In this document: positions 63,417-64,000 of the stretch, in pieces
Numbering within the stretch: the stretch's first letter is position 1
Layout: every line of letters starts with the position of its first letter
Assembly: GCA_037131105.1 (NCBI GenBank)
Contig: JBAXRQ010000001.1
Coordinates: forward strand, 322,039 to 386,038
Length of the DNA: 64,000 nucleotides
From: a bacterium
Lineage (GTDB): Bacteria; Patescibacteriota; UBA1384; CAILIB01
Direction of reading: 5' to 3'
Position numbers and translations under genes: made by a program
Notes under the pieces: generated by a model
Seen by the model: the letters and a program-made list of their open reading frames with translations, nothing else
Told to the model about the DNA's origin: nothing
Databases searched by the model: none

Positions 63417-64000
63417 ATGGCCTGGACGAAACTAACATTAGGGGAAGTTTGTGAAACGATGTTTCGAGGAGCCTCTCCTATATATTCTGAGAAAGCTGGC
63501 GTTTATGTTTTAAATCAAAAATGTATTCGCAATCATGTAATAGATTACTCATTCGCGAGGATGCATGATGCTGAGGCTAAGCCACCAAAAAGTTGGCAAT
63601 ATATCCGGACAGGAGATGTCTTGGTTAACTCCACAGGTACGGGTACCTTGGGAAGGCTGGCTCAAGTGGATGCTTCTCCACTTGTGGCGGTTGTTGACTC
63701 ACATATTACAGTGATTAGGCCAAAGAAGGGTTCTTTTGATGATGATTTCTTCGGGTGGCTGCTTAGGGGGGCTGAAGAAGAGATAGCATCAAAAGGTGAG
63801 GGTGCAAGTGGGCAGACTGAGTTGTCTCGTAGTGCTTTGAGTAATGTCATAATATCCTTTCCTGAGTCAATAAAGGAGCAGAATAGAGTTGTGAACATAT
63901 TGGGTAACGCTTTCCAGAAGCTGGATAGAGCTAAATCTGATATAGAAATGAATCTCCGGAATACGCGTGAGATATTTGATGTCTGCGTTCAAAATTATTT
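63417..64000 (+). CDS. hsdS: type I restriction-modification system specificity subunit S (5' part; continues beyond window)
   Basis: MAWTKLTLGEVCE...GASPIYSE...VLVNSTGTGTLGRLA... is an HsdS target-recognition-domain signature. Starts 3 nt after the DUF4263 gene stop. Confidence 0.85.
   Translation, partial: MAWTKLTLGEVCETMFRGASPIYSEKAGVYVLNQKCIRNHVIDYSFARMHDAEAKPPKSWQYIRTGDVLVNSTGTGTLGRLAQVDASPLVAVVDSHITVIRPKKGSFDDDFFGWLLRGAEEEIASKGEGASGQTELSRSALSNVIISFPESIKEQNRVVNILGNAFQKLDRAKSDIEMNLRNTREIFDVCVQNY

Noticed and set aside
1-64000. Initial impression of a CPR/Patescibacteria (monoderm, reduced) genome, from the short ThrRS, helicase-less PriA-like protein and many small ORFs
   Set aside because: The presence of a canonical OMP β-barrel protein with C-terminal Phe, lgt/lspA, and ~55% GC argues for a diderm bacterium. 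Taxonomy is left open.

Overview
This 64-kb window is from a moderately GC-rich (~55% by eye) bacterial chromosome. The organism is probably diderm, because a signal-peptide β-barrel protein ends in ...YYAEAVRGF. Housekeeping genes are tightly packed: folD-glyA-thrS, rplY, uvrB (intein-containing), trmD / KH-protein / rpsP, priA-like-def-fmt, pyrG, der, lepB, lgt-lspA, infC-rpmI-rplT, uvrA, rnhB, RNase P RNA and tRNA-Gln. Several accessory modules are interleaved: (i) a giant VirB6/TrbL-like membrane protein plus partner beside RadC and a KGG stress protein; (ii) a processive GT2 exopolysaccharide synthase operon with a palindromic operator; (iii) an AT-rich VbhA-like antitoxin / Fic toxin pair next to a decayed CPBP-protease fragment, whose near-intact copy lies 5 kb away across an OMP β-barrel gene, an orphan cytoplasmic histidine-kinase-like protein and a PlsC-HAD fusion; (iv) a cluster of small unknown genes with RidA, ASCH, YdeI and MazG-like proteins; (v) a type I R-M locus in which an AT-rich DUF4263 (Shedu-like) PD-(D/E)xK nuclease gene sits between hsdM and hsdS. 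The Shedu-like insertion, the LAGLIDADG+HTH intein in UvrB, the Fic module with the CPBP duplication, the helicase-dead PriA-like protein and the giant VirB6-like protein are the most notable items. All calls come from reading the sequence and ORF translations only; no searches were run.
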